Part shown: positions 38,599-53,685 of the stretch, one piece after another
Position numbering within the stretch: position 1 is the first letter of the stretch
Layout of the letters: the number at the start of each line of letters is the position of its first letter
Assembly: GCA_951406725.2 (NCBI GenBank)
Contig: OX597822.1
Coordinates: forward strand, 85,126,001 to 85,190,000
DNA from: Octopus vulgaris
Lineage: Eukaryota
DNA length: 64,000 nucleotides
Reading direction: 5' to 3'
The notes under the pieces: generated by a model
Databases searched by the model: none
What the model saw: the letters and a program-made list of their open reading frames with translations, nothing else
Told to the model about the DNA's origin: nothing
Made by a program: the position numbers and the translations under genes

Positions 38599-38784
38599 TT
38601 CAGGTCGATTTTGCCTTTCACCCTTTCGGGGTCGATAAATTAAGTACGAGTGAAACACTGGTGTCGACGTAATCGATTAGTCCTCCCCGCCATACACAAA
38701 TTTGAGGTCTTGTGTCTCCAGTAGAACGGATTATTATTATTACTATTATTATTATTATTATTATTAATATTATTATCGTTATTA

Positions 38785-38836
<52 letters not shown>

Positions 38837-39379
38837 CATTATTATTATTCGTAGTAGTGTTAGTTTTAGTAGCGGCAGCAGTAAAAGTTATGGTCGGTCG
38901 AAGCACCAGTGGTGTTTGTACTAACAGCAATAAACACATCTTAAAAAGACAATTGTCTGTCGTTCCTCTATTTTTGTTTTCTGGGGTTTTTTGATACACA
39001 CAAAAAAAAAAAAAGAGAAAAGCTCACCATGTCAGCATGTAATAGTTTACACCTGCTCGACCGATAAACACCGACACAATAGACTTGCCTTAAGAATAGC
39101 AGAAATAAATATTAAACAAATATACAAAACAACCAGAAACAACCCAAAAGTACACCAAATGTTCGTCTCCTTGTGCTGCCCCTCCCTTCAACTCACCAAA
39201 ATGTACAATCATCGCTTCCTTTCTTCTTTCTTTCTATTCATTGCTCTCTTTCTATTTCCCTCTCTCTCTCTCTCTCACTCTGTCTGCGTGTCTGTCTGTC
39301 TCGATCTCTCTCTGTCTCTCTATCTCTCACCCGATCTCTCATTTCCTCTCTGTTTTCAATCCACCACCACCACCACCAC

Positions 39380-39516
39380 CTTCTTCTTTTTCTTCTTCTT
39401 TTTCTTCTTCTTCTTCTTCTTCTTCTTCTTCTTCTTCTTCTTCTTCTTCTTCTTCTTCTTCTTCTTCTTCTTCTTCTTCTTCTTCTTCTTCTTCTTCTTC
39501 TTCTTCTTCTTCTTCT
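39380..39516. repeat. (TTC)n microsatellite
   Basis: Direct inspection. Confidence 0.95.
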
Positions 39517-39892
39517 ATAGAATCTACTTAATTATTTTCAACTCGCTGCATTTATGTGTATTTGTGATGAATTTGCTTTGTGTCTAAAGATAAATGCAGG
39601 AGGAAAAAAAAAGAAGAGAAAAACTAGTTTTATTTAAAATCTTATAACTATCATCAGTACAGCTTACGTATTAATTTTACTCTGACACACACACACACAC
39701 ACGTACATACACACACACGTTCATACACACACACATACATACACACGTACATATACACATTCATACATACAAACATAATTATCTATCTATAAAACACACA
39801 CATATATATACATATATATGTATATATATGTGTGTATGTGTGTGTGTATTATAGATAGATAATTATGTTTGTATGTATGAATGTGTGTGTGC

Positions 39893-39990
<98 letters not shown>

Positions 39991-40081
39991 ATATACTTAC
40001 ACACATATTTATGTGTATGTATATACGTATATGTATACATGTTTGTATGAATGTATGTATTTATGTATGAAATTTATCTTT

Positions 40082-40105
40082 TCATCATCCTCATCATCAT
40101 CATCA

Positions 40106-40157
<52 letters not shown>

Positions 40158-40192
40158 CATTATTATTATTATTATCATTATTATTATTATTA

Positions 40193-40289
<97 letters not shown>

Positions 40290-40290
40290 A

Positions 40291-40346
<56 letters not shown>
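40082..40346. repeat. (ATC)n/(ATT)n microsatellite
   Basis: Direct inspection. Confidence 0.95.
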
Positions 40347-40347
<1 letters not shown>

Positions 40348-41132
40348 TTCCGTAATATTGAAAAGTGTGACTTTGCAGAATCAATAGGAAAAGGGACAAG
40401 AATATTTAGCGGTGTTAATTTAGTTTTAGCCCTTGAATTCCAATTCCACCAAAATCTCTTTGCTCTTCATCCTTCCAAGATAGTCCACATCATTGGTTTT
40501 CAACCATTTTTCTATTTTATCTCTTAACCCCGTTTATTAATATTTTAACTCAGGTGAACTCTCATAGACATTAAGTGTTTGAAAAATATCCTGTTATATT
40601 TTGACAATTAAATATTTTTAGGAATTGTTCCAAAAATTTTTTGTGTATTGTAGAAGTACAGGAAATTTATTGCACATAAATTTTAACAACAAAATCTTAA
40701 ATGGAACCCTGAAGACCATATAGACCGGACCCTGCTTGAGAACCACTGGTTTCCATATTTCTCCAAATTGTGAGAACTTCCACATATCTGAAAGGCTCGT
40801 TGGTTAGTAGAAACAGTTTAACACCGGAATAAGTACTTAGTTTCATTTCCTTTCGTTTCTCCAGGTCTAGAGATCAAATCCAAACGAATGTACCTTTTAT
40901 TATCGAGTGCAGATTAAATAAAATTAAGACGGCAGAGACTGAGAACTAATCCTTTTCGTTTTCCACACATGTAGAGAATCATTGTGGTTGTAAGATACCT
41001 CGAGTCCTCAGTATTTAAGCCGCGTGGCTTTCCTGGAACAAGAGAAAGGAACCAATGCCATTTTACATTTCTTCCAGAAATCAGTTTGGGAAATTGCGTG
41101 CTTTTGAGAAAGAACTATTTTTATCTTTTGAT

Positions 41133-41560
41133 CTTTTACTTGTTCCAGTCCCTAGACTGCGGCCATGCTGGAGCGATACCTTTCTAGCCGAATGAATCAA
41201 CCCCAGGACTTATTTCTTTTCTAAAGCCGGGTACTTATTCTATCGGTTTCTTTTGCCAAAGCGCTATGTTACTGGGCCATAAACACACCAACACCGAGTG
41301 TCACACGTTGTAGTAGGGGCAAACAAACAAACACACACACGTACACACACACAGATGCACACACGCACATACGTACGCACGCACACACACGCGCACACAC
41401 GCATACTCACGTGCCGCGCACATATAAATATACGAAGGGCTTCTTTCGGTTTTCGTCTACCAAATCCAATCACAAGACTTTGGTCGGTGTGAGGTTAGAG
41501 GAGAAGACACTTGCCGAAAGTGCCACGTAGTGGGACTGAACCGGGAACCATATGGTTGGG
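41133..41560 (-). mobile_element. SINE family B
   Basis: Reverse complement of tail, internal (CA)n and head. Confidence 0.85.
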
Positions 41561-41743
41561 ATAATTACTTACTTATTTATTTATTTATGTATTTATTTAT
41601 TTATGTATTTATGTATTTATTTATTCGTTTACGATTTCCTCTAAGGAAAACTATCCATTTCTATGCTCTCAACCAATATTCACAGAGGAACTGGCTGAAG
41701 AAACCGCTTTCATTTCTAAATCTCCTTTAATCTATCTATCTAT

Positions 41744-41830
<87 letters not shown>

Positions 41831-42097
41831 TGAATTTTGTTCAAGGAACCCCAGTACTACCTTCGCGAATCACTAGGGGCTGGCAGACCCCAGGTTGGGA
41901 ACCACTGGCTTATCGTCTTTTCTTCCGTCTTTGCGTTCTGAGTTCGAATTCCACCGGAGTCAACTTTACCTTTCATCCCTTTCTGGGGTCGATCAAATTA
42001 GTATCACTTGTAATCGACTTATCTCCCGTTCTACCAAACTTTGTCACCTTGCGTCAAAATTTGAAACCAATATAAGCCACAAGGGGGCATGTGGTGC

Positions 42098-43060
42098 TTA
42101 GGTCGATCTTGATTAGGTAGACCTATGATGAAAAGCGTTCCTATCGTGATCTTTGTTTAAGCTATAATGTATCCAGGTCAACATTATCCTGGGTACATGC
42201 ATCTCTTTCTTCTTGTTAAGTCGTAATCTCAGAGAATTTGTTTTGCTGCTATTTCTAGCAAATCGAGTGATTACATACAGGCTCCTTCATTAATTCGGTT
42301 TTCTCGATGCTTCTTCTCTCTAATATAGTCACAAGGCGATTGTTGTTGTTGCTGTTGTTGTTTAGTCCCACTCTGCTCGACCTGACCTATGATCAAAGTC
42401 ATTCCAACCGTGATCAACAAGCCTCTTTCTTTTGTACCGGTAACCAAGAACCAAATTATGCAACCTGTGGTTTTTTAAAAGGATTCAGCACGACCTGACA
42501 AAGACTTAGCTGCAATTTCTAGCAAGTCGAACAGCCAGGTAGAGACACCTTTTATGTCTTTCTGTTATTGTCATTGAATGGTTTTACTGAGCTCCAGATC
42601 GCAGCACAAATAAAACAGACTTATGATTCAGAGCTATTCCAGCCGTGACCATCCTACCTTTTTAGTTTAAGGACACTATATCTAAAACAATACCATCCGA
42701 TGTGTTCCTCCACTTTAAGACAGCAGAGTGTGATTTGAGGAGGATTATGCTGCTAATTCTAGTAGGTCGACCAACCGCCTAGAATTTCCCTCGTTGTTTT
42801 ATAATAGTTACATACATATGGAGTGACATCTAACAAATAGGAGCACACCATTGTTATTGTTGTTGCTGCTGTTGTCATTTAGCCCCGAATCATCCATTAT
42901 CAAGCAAACCTATGAGTAAAGAAGCTTCATACTTCTCTATTTCTTTTTCCAATACAATTTCTAATGTGTTTTTTTTTTTACTTAAATCGCAAAGGCATTA
43001 TTTGAGGCAGATTTTTCTGGTGTTTCTAGCCGACTGAGCGGCCTTGCGGAGGCCTCATGC
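42098..43060 (+). repeat. Four clustered, diverged copies of an old ~200-bp interspersed repeat
   Basis: Recurring AGACCTATGATCAAAG..ATTCCAGCCGTGACC and GATTT..CTGCTATTTCTAGCA motifs; solo copies at about 25370, 37500 (minus) and 54220. Confidence 0.7.
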
Positions 43061-43488
43061 TTGGTCCGGTCCACAACTGCCCTCTACCTAAGAGTCTAAT
43101 ATTCAGATATTTACTGAAAGAGAATCAAAAACTGGTCTTAAATTTAGTTTAATAAAAAGTTACTACGAGATACATCGCCAAACCAAAATTAAAACACGGA
43201 TTTGCGTGCGCGTGCGAGTATGTGTGTGAGTTTATGTGTGCGTGCGCACGTGTGTGTGTACGTGTGTGTATGCGTGTGTGAGTGTGTGAATGCGTATATG
43301 TATAAGAAAGAGTGTGTATGTGTGTGTGTGTGTGTGAAAGACAGAGAGACCGAGAGTGTTTGTGTTTATGAAAGACAGAGAGACAGAGTGTTTGTGTGTG
43401 TGTGTGTATGTATGTATTCATTTTGGCTTCGTCATCATCATCATCATCATCGTCGTCGTCGACGTCATCGCTGTTGTTGTCGTCGTTG

Positions 43489-43521
<33 letters not shown>

Positions 43522-44357
43522 CCAACGTCTAACTGAAGGCATTATGTTAACCAGATTGTAGGTGTGGTTTCCTTCGAAATGTACTTTTTGAAATTATTTA
43601 TATTATGGAGACTCAAAACGCTAAATATCAAAATGTTGTTAAAAAATTATTCCAGTTAAATTAGTAGACATAACAGTGAGGTAATTAACGTCAGAAATAA
43701 TAAACTGCATAATTATAGTCTTCGTTTAATGCCGCATCAATTAGTTGGGGATAATCTTAATGCTTCATAATACAAATATTATATATCTTAAGACAATTAG
43801 CCACAGCTTCATATAATACCATAAGGATAAATAATTCTTTCATTTAAACCAAGATATCAAGGGAAAGATGATCACATTGGCGGTTAATATACTTTCTACA
43901 TTTTTTTTATGTCAGAGAGTTCAGCCACGACCTAGAAAATCATTGCCCACGTTTTTGTATTTACGTCATCTTTAGAAAGAAAGCGCACGACTAGCAAGTG
44001 GTGCATAATTTAAGGTAGGTCACCCCAGCTTTCATAGTTGCATTGTGAAAATTGTTAGATGTTTAATAATGAAAAGATTACCGTAGTGAAAAGGAGGAAA
44101 ATAAAGAAATAAAGTGTGGACAAATAAGTTAGAAGCGGGTAAATGCATAAACATGGAGCCACAAATCAAATAAAAAGAGTTGAACATGAAAAAGAATACA
44201 GAGTATCGTTTGGACATTGAAAGAAATGTGAGTCGAAAAATCGAGGAAAATCTTTCAAGATATAACAAAATATGTAATAAATAAAGACGATATATCATCA
44301 CAAAAAACATCACTTATAACTACAATAAGTATAACCAAACACAAAACGAATACACAC

Positions 44358-44586
<229 letters not shown>

Positions 44587-46187
44587 TTTGTAATAGGGGA
44601 CAATTAAGTGAGCGAAAGTGGAAAGATGTTATCTGCACATATTTTTTTTTCTCTTATCACGTAACAGCAGCGTCGCTCTGTTTAATGGTCCTGTGTCATT
44701 ATTGTATGGCGGAGAGAGTGATGCTGGTATAATGCAGAGACAGTCGGGAGGTTGTCAGATTATTTTACTCCATCCACTGCAATTATGACGCTCTCATAGC
44801 TTGTCACTATTAGCGGCTGGGACCTTATTATAAGTTACAAAAGAAACTAGTGACAGCCCTCCCATATATCTAAACTTGACCTGGATACTAAAATTAAATA
44901 TAATAATAGAATATTTCTTTAACATTTATATGTGAATAGCAAAAATAAAAAAATAAAAATAAAAGTAGATTTAAACATTTTCAAATCCTTTTGGAATTTT
45001 TTTTCTCATATTGTTTTTCTTTAGTGTTTATTATTTTAAATAACAAATAAAAACCATTGTTTGTAAACTAATACATAAAACTTTTTTTCTCTTTCTCATA
45101 TTAAAATTTTCTTCGTTATTTCACCATGCTATATAATCTGTCTTTGAAATATTACACCGATGTCTTCAGTTTAATTGGCGTGCACATAATTTGTAACTAA
45201 TAGAAGATATATATATATAATTCTAAACTAGTTTTTATTAAGTATATAAAGATTATTTTTAGGCTTCTAATCTTTCAACTGTTATTATTCGCATGCTGTT
45301 TTGCCAAAAATCATTGTCTCATTTATTTAGAACTGCACCGTTCATCTCAACGTTGCTAACTTATCGGTGCAAATAGTTAATGGATCTATTGTTTTAATAA
45401 TGATTAATTCTAATTATTATCGATTTTACTCTATTTAAACTTTTAATTACAAATATATTAGAGATTTACGTTTAAAGATTTGATACATCAAGAATGAAAA
45501 AGAAAATCCGTTTCATGAGCGTTTCATAAAAAACCTCGCCGTCGCTGTCAGACAAAGGCCCTCTAAAGATGGCAGCTGCTAGCAGACGACACAGAGTTGT
45601 AAGACAGCGCGCGCTGAAACAGGGGAGACGATGCCGAACGTCAAAAATATAGTAAAGTCTGGGGTTGTCTCCCTCAGTCTTTTGATTTTTAAAAGTTTCA
45701 GATAGCTTTTGAATTTTAAGTTAAATACAATATAATTTACATTGTTCGCAGCAATTATCATTTAAACAAAGTAACAAAACCTATGTAGGCTTACAAATGA
45801 ATTACTAAAATGTTTTTCATTATTATTATTGAATAATATTTTTCATTGAATAAAAATTTCAGTAACTTGGAGCAACAATTGAAAACGTCTATTTTCAAAA
45901 CTCTTTCTGATTGAGAACGAAAATAACAAATAATTTACTGAAAACACCCCGGCTAGCATTGCTGAATCAAAAAGCTAAAAATTGCCGTTTAGAAGGAAAA
46001 GATATTTATGTTAACGCTCTGATTAAGTTATGAACAATAACGGTAAATCATTTGGAAGAAGAAAAGAAAGGAGAAAGGAAGATAGAAAAACTTGGAGGAT
46101 TTAGTTACACAATATATTTCATGTAACTGTGTCTAGTTTTATTTCCTTTTAAATAAATAAATCTAAATTTCTATGCGAGTATATTGG

Positions 46188-46222
<35 letters not shown>

Positions 46223-47119
46223 GTGGGTGGGTGGGTGGGAGAGTCTTGTCACGCGCGTGCGCGCACGCAGGTTGAATTTCATTTTTTTGTTTTTTGTTCA
46301 TCAAAAGGAGGACATAGTAGCGTTTTTCTCGTTTATTTTAGTAGGAAACCAATGAACTAATGTGACAATAACAGCATCAACATCATTATTATATCGGCAA
46401 TGTTGTTGTTGCTGTTGTACTTGCTGACGTCTACAACAAGTGAGCCAGAAGGAAATGGGTGTCTACAGCTGCAAAGGGCGGATTTGATGATGTTGTTGTT
46501 TTTTTGTCTCAGGCCATGTCGAAATGGCTACATTGATTGTGTGACTAATTTTTTTTAGAAATGCTTGCCATAACTGGCAATAGCCTGAAGCTTCGACACC
46601 AGTCGCTCGTTCAATCAACAACAGCAATAATATTTAATAGCAGTCAAAACTTGAAATAAAAGTTTTTTTTTTTTTCTTGTCTTCTATAGATTTCTCTTTG
46701 TATATTTTTCTTCCTTCTATATATGAACATAAAAAAGCAAGAGAGAAAGAGAAAGGGGGAGAAGAACTGGTTGCATATAGAAGTGGGCTGGGCCTTTTCT
46801 GTTTTCTTTTCAGTAAAGTGATATTAAAATAGACGAAAATAAAGAGAATAAATAAAGAGCGGACGGAGTACGTAGGAGAGTGAAAGAGAGAGATAAGTAG
46901 ATAGAAAGAGTGCGAGGAGCGAGAGGGGGAGACAGAGAGGATTTGCATTGAATAGGAGAGGAAGAAATGTTTAATAAAACAAATAACTCACCCAAATATG
47001 AAATCAATGGCGAGAACAAACCTCAGGACATCCAAGTTGAGTAAATTTTAAGCCTGGGAAACGTCTTTTTCTCTGGTTTCCAAGCAGAAAATGAAATTTC
47101 GAACATCAAGTGCAGCACA

Positions 47120-47163
<44 letters not shown>

Positions 47164-47317
47164 GTTGAGCACTTTGCACCCTTGCATTGCGCATGCGACA
47201 TACACACACATATGCATATGTTCATACATACACACACATAAGATCACCCATTATATATATATATGTATGTATGTGTAGGCTTTTACACGTATGTATATGT
47301 GCCTATGTGCATGTGCA

Positions 47318-47372
<55 letters not shown>

Positions 47373-48240
47373 CCACACACAGACATATAATGTGAGAATT
47401 TGAACAAAGCTAATATCAAACTTATAACGTAAGCCGACAGTTCATTCTCACCTGACCCTTAATAGTTTTGAGTATGTTATTGTTGTATTAATTATGATAG
47501 AAATGACAAAGAAACCTTTAAATACGCTCAAGAGAGGCGAAGAGTATGAAATATTCTATACAAAAGAATATATGTAAACATAAGGATTCTTAACCAAAAA
47601 TAATATTCTAAACACAATCAAGGGCCAAATATGCTTTGGGATAAATTTAAATCGACGAGCATTTGATAGGTTTTTACATAGCTCTAACCCCTACCGATAT
47701 CAACAAAATTAGATAGTAAAGTTGTAAATTTGAATTACAATAAGCTCGTCATTTCCAGAATTATGAAGGTGTTTGTTAATTTGTTGTTGGAAGATAGAGT
47801 GATGCTCTCTTCTCTATGTTTTGCTCTTCTCGTTATCGTTATTGTAAAAACTAATATTTACTCCTGTAATATTTATCTTAAGCGTGTAAAATATAAAGTA
47901 AGAAGTTTCAGCTTTTTGAAAATATATAATGAAAAATAACGAAGACTATGAACAGACTTGGAAAAATCTTTTAAATTCAAAACAAAAATTAAACTGTTAC
48001 CAAACTAAAAACAGACTTTCCGAAACAACAACAGCAAACAAACGTCTATACAAATAACTCGCCTGAGAATAATATTAAAAACTATTATTTTAACTTTGTA
48101 TTAAACTGAAGTTGGGATTAAACCAAGATAAATCCACCATTCATTGTATTACACACGCACTAACACACATGGACACACCTATGCTTTTGTAATTACATGT
48201 AAATGCGCAAATGTGTGTGCGTGTGTGCATATTCATGCGC

Positions 48241-48301
<61 letters not shown>

Positions 48302-49659
48302 TGTATGTGTGTATGTATGTATGTATGCATATATAAGTACTGAAAAAAATCTTCAACTTTGAGATTTCAGAAAATGCGTCACTAAAATATTTTATCATCT
48401 CCTTGACGTAAACTTCAAAAGGATAAAAAAAAAAGAGAAACGGGGAGTTGAAGGGAGAGAAAGAAGAGGAAGAGGGTGGAAGGAGTTTCGTGTTTTGTTA
48501 AACTAAATGAAAAAAAAAAAGAAGAAAAATTAAAATGTCTATCAAGGAAGTTGAGCGCGTGTGAACGCTTGTGTCTCTAAACTCTCAGAAGTAATATGTA
48601 CCTCTTTAGTCGAAGAACCCCGCTGTTCGTAAGGTCTTTGTCAAGCGACTGTCCTTTAAGATTTCTGTTTTAGAGCAGGTGAGATTGCGGGTAGGTTAAA
48701 GTCGCTGGCACCCGATAGGTTGGTTTCTACCACACGTCGTTTGCTTGACTGGCAGAAGAACATTTTATCATCATGGTGGTGGTGGAGGCGGCGGCGGTGA
48801 CGGTGGTAGAGGTGGTGATGGTGATGTATGTCTGTTGTCTACTGAGGGTTTACGCGTAGAGCTGCGTTTTCTTACTGGACGTGCCATTTTTTTGTGAGAG
48901 AAAGAGAGAGAGAGTTAGGGAGAGAGAATGAGGAAGAGGGCAACGTCTCGAGATGCTTATCGACAGAGTCTGCATTTCATTTGTCTTTCTGTCTGTCCGG
49001 CCAAGAAAAAACTTGGAAGTATGGCTGTCTGTACGCTGTGCTCAGGCCACGTTCTCGAGCCACGCTCGTCCACTTGAGATGCACTGAGGATACACCAGTA
49101 TGTTTGATTGCAGCTGGTACTACTTCCAGTTGCTGCAGCGTAACCGTCATTCTCTTTTCTTTCCTTCTCACATCTGTTGGTCTACTGAGGACTGACAGGA
49201 AACAGCGAAGTTGTGGCGGGGAAGGATGAGGAAGAGAAGTAGCAGGAGGAAGAGGGGGGAGAAAAGTTTTCTAAATATCTGATAGATGCATATCGGGCTG
49301 GATGGAACGGAGAAGGTGTGAACAGTTCAACAGCTGCCCGGATAGGGAATGAAAAAAATAAGAAAAGAAAAGGAAAAAAAACGATGGTAAAAGTTGGCCG
49401 CAAGTAAAATAAGGCAACTCAATCAACAGACAAGAAGTAATTAAATTTATCAAATCAAGAAAGGCTTTCTTTTACAGATAGGGGTTTTTTTTTTTGTCAA
49501 ACTTACATACCCAGCTACATTTTAAACATTTCCATCTGTTTTTGTTTGTTTGTTTGTTTGTTTGTTTTTTGCTTAGTTTTTAGAAAAGAACAGAGTATGT
49601 TCTTGCATAATTTCTGTGCCAACGTATTGTACCTGAAATAATAAATAATAATAAGAGCC

Positions 49660-49707
<48 letters not shown>

Positions 49708-50839
49708 TATATATATACAAATATATATATATACATATATATACAAATATATATACATATATATATATATATTTATATATATATGTATGTATGTATGTAT
49801 ATATGTATGTATGTATGTATGTATGCATGTATGTATGTATGTATGTATGTATGTATGTATGTATGTATGTATGTATGTATGTATGTATGTACATAAATGT
49901 ATGTATATAGGTGACTGTGCTAGGGGAAGTGAGGGACAGCAGAAAATAAAGGAGAACTCGGAAACAAAGGCTGAACATTGAAAGTTACCAGAATAAAACA
50001 GAAATATGTCAGTGAATAATAAAATAGATTTGCTGTGTTGTATTTAGGAGGGAAATTTCTTGTCCGAAGAGAAAAGAATTGTAGGAATCAATATGAGAGT
50101 TGCAGCTATAAAACAAAAGAATATAATAAAAGTTGAGAATATCTATTATTGTTGCTTCCTTTAGTGTTTGTTTATTTTATTTTATATTTATTTGGTGGTG
50201 GTGGGGTAAGGGTGGGTGGTGAATGTAATGTTTATAGAAATGAAAGTGGGGAGAAAAAAAAGTAAATAAGAGGAGCATGGAAATAGGAAATGGGAAGCGA
50301 TTGTCGTTCTTGGAGGCGAATGACGGCGCACCAGTTGCGGAGGAGGGCTGTGGGTGTGAGAGGCAGCCAAGGCAAACAATTAAATTGGAGTAAAGAATAT
50401 AGACAAGCTGTAGTAGAATCGGCGTCCAATTCTAAGGAAATGCCAAATTACCTCAACGTAATTATTTTTTAACATTTTTTTGTTGTTTATTTCTTCGTTC
50501 AGCAAATATAAAAGACAAAACAACCCCCAGTTCGCTGCCAAAGCAAACTCTACCCTACTCCATTTATTTACACACTTTTCCTCTTTCTCTTCGCCACTCG
50601 TTGCGCTTCCGAGAAAGACATTTTTTTGTCTATATTTTGTGGTGTTTTTCTTTTTCCTTTTCACCTGATTTTTTTTCTTTGTCACTAATATTTTTGTTTT
50701 TGTTTGTTCTTCTCCCTTTTTTTTCTTTACCCCATACAATTTTGCAGTCATAAAAGTATATCTGGGAAAAAAAAAACTTCGACATGGTGTACAGTGTGTG
50801 TGTGTGTGTGTGGTGTGTGGTGTGTGGTGTGTGGTGTGT

Positions 50840-50939
<100 letters not shown>

Positions 50940-51698
50940 TGTGTTCCAAAAGAAAGGGAAACATTAAAAGTAAATATGAAATCTGAAACAAGGGCGACAA
51001 CAACGAGACGAAATAAAGGGAGAGAAAGTAGTGAAGCCCTGAGAAAAGTGTTGATAAATATGATGGAGTCGAGCCCGTTTTTGTTTTATTTTCCACCAGT
51101 TTTCACTCTCCCTCTCTCTCCCTCTCTCTTTCTCTCTCTCTCTCTCTTACCCCATCCCACTTCTCTCTCTTCTAAGATAATCAATCACAGTAACAACAGC
51201 AACAGTGTGTTAACAGAACATTCTCCAATGCTTGTAAGAAATTAATGGAAAACAAATGAAGCCGAGGAGAGGAGGCATGCCAAAATGAAAACAAAGTGCT
51301 AACAGAGCACTAAATATAAAATGGTATAGTATTACTAGAACTAGGATAGTTTTTCAAAGTTAATATAAATGTTTATAATTCTGGTTGGTGAGGAGGACAA
51401 ACGAAAACGAACTGTTCCAACGATTATCATGAAAAAAGATATCCTGGAGGCTGACAGCTTTTTGTCTGTATCTGTGGAATTATAAAGTCATTTTAGACAC
51501 TCTCTGCCCGCAATTACAAAACCCAGTAAAGTTTAAAATTAATTTAATGATAGAAGTAAAAATGAAGGAAAGAAAAACTTCGGAGTTTTTTTAATCGTCA
51601 AGGAACAGAAACTAATTTGATGGAAAAGGCTAAAGAGATGAGGGCAAAGAAAAGTTGAATAACTCTTTCAGCTGTCAGTGCAACACACACACACACAC

Positions 51699-51763
<65 letters not shown>

Positions 51764-53164
51764 AACACAGACACACACATACATATTTATATGTGTGTGT
51801 GTATTAGGCATAAAAATATAAAGTAACAACAGTAATAACTATTCTAGCAAATATTGAAGTAAATAAAGAGAAACTGAATTCAATTCTTTCTTTTCTTTTA
51901 GTCTCCTTTCTTCCTCTTTAGCCATAATTTTCCTACAGGTTTTCCTTTTATATATTTTAGCAACACATCGGCTTCGTTGTTTCACCACGGATAGGTCTCC
52001 GCCTAATAACTACTCACACACACACCATACATTTTTTTCTCTCTCTAGCTACTTAATTCTTCCCTCTCTATTCTCTTTGTTGATGAAAAAAAAACTTACC
52101 GCCTCGTCAGACGGCTGTCAAAGCAGCAGAGAAGTGTCCTCACCTGGCAACAGAGGGGCAAAAATCTGCTATTATTCCAAAAAAATAAATAAAATAAATA
52201 AAGAGTAGCATATAAGCGAAACAAAACACTAGAAAACAAATTAAAAACCACCCTCAGCAAACTCAAGTCAGCAATTAATCAATGGCGCAGCGAAAGCAAC
52301 CCGATATTAAGGAGAGATTGTGGTCATTTTTCAATTATTTTGCAGTTTTACATGAAAATAGCAAATGTTATATACCATACAGGCTCCCCGCCTCTATAAT
52401 GCTTGTTTGAGTAAACTAGCAAGCAGATGTTTTGGTGCTATTAAGTTAGCTTTGAATAAATGGTAAACAACTGGCAAAATATGAAAGGAGTCGGGAAGCA
52501 TTTATACAATATAAACAAGCGATAACAAATGGAAAGCTATTTGTGTTGGAGAACATCCCGCCAGTTTTAGAGCCTGGTTTCATTACAGCATACGGCTGTT
52601 CCGGTAGTGTGAAGGGGACTTAGACACCCTTTCAGCTTCGGCGGCTGGTGTCCCACGTAACAAACCAGAAGCCCAGGTGGAGCAGGGGTCAAAATTAGCT
52701 TCAAATGTACAAGAATTATAGATTGTCTCTTGTTCACAAGGTGGCCAGCCCTGAGACGGCAGCTGCAAGCTGAACACAAACTGTCCACACCACCAGTTAT
52801 CATGAAAACACTGACAGCTTTGCCACTTTGCATTTTGTTTCTTTCGTTTACAACACCGGGCTTTCTCGCTTCTTTTCACCTTTTTTTTTTTTTACAATGG
52901 AAGACTGAAAAAAAAGTTGCTGCTTTTTTTTTCTAAAGAAAAAATAAATGAAAGAAAAATACATAAATGGTTTTAGAAATTTCTTTTTTCAGTAAAGCTT
53001 TCATAAGTTTTTGTCTGATAATGAATGCAAAAGAGCGAAAGCAAGCCTAAAAACAGAGCTGCACTAACGCTAATTCAATATAGCTTTTCGCTAAGTTCAG
53101 ATCTTTCTATGAAAAATCGGGAAAGAAGTTTGTATTTCCCTCCGTTCAACAATAGTTAAGTTGG

Positions 53165-53174
53165 TGCGCATGCG
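53165..53174. promoter_or_regulatory. NRF1/Ewg-like site
   Basis: TGCGCATGCG in unique sequence; a second copy at 47188-47197. Motif match only. Confidence 0.3.
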
Positions 53175-53497
53175 TCAGCGCAAGTTGTTCACGCACCATC
53201 GCTGTTGAAGGATGAGGCGACCAGAACAAGGGAAGCCACTTGGAAATCTTTTTAAAGCAAAAACTGCAACTCTGCCAGGAACAATGCTAAACGAAGGAAA
53301 ATTATAAGAACACAATTAGAGCGACCACATTATTTTCTTTAGAATATTTATTCTATTTAAAAAGAAAAAAAAATGAAAACTTCGCAGAGTGATGAAAGAA
53401 TATATAAGCGTCTTTTTTTCACCCAGGTAAATATATATCCTCCATTTACAGGTATATGTTCATATACTTATATATATATACATACATACATCATACA

Positions 53498-53533
<36 letters not shown>

Positions 53534-53632
53534 TATATATACATACATGCATGCATACATACATACATACATACATACATACATACATACATACATGTAT
53601 GTATGTATATATATGTCAACACATATATATAT

Positions 53633-53685
<53 letters not shown>

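Noticed and set aside
52567-52936. Overlapping 68-98 aa ORFs in unique sequence
   Set aside because: No recognisable domain or convincing splice boundaries; more likely non-coding.
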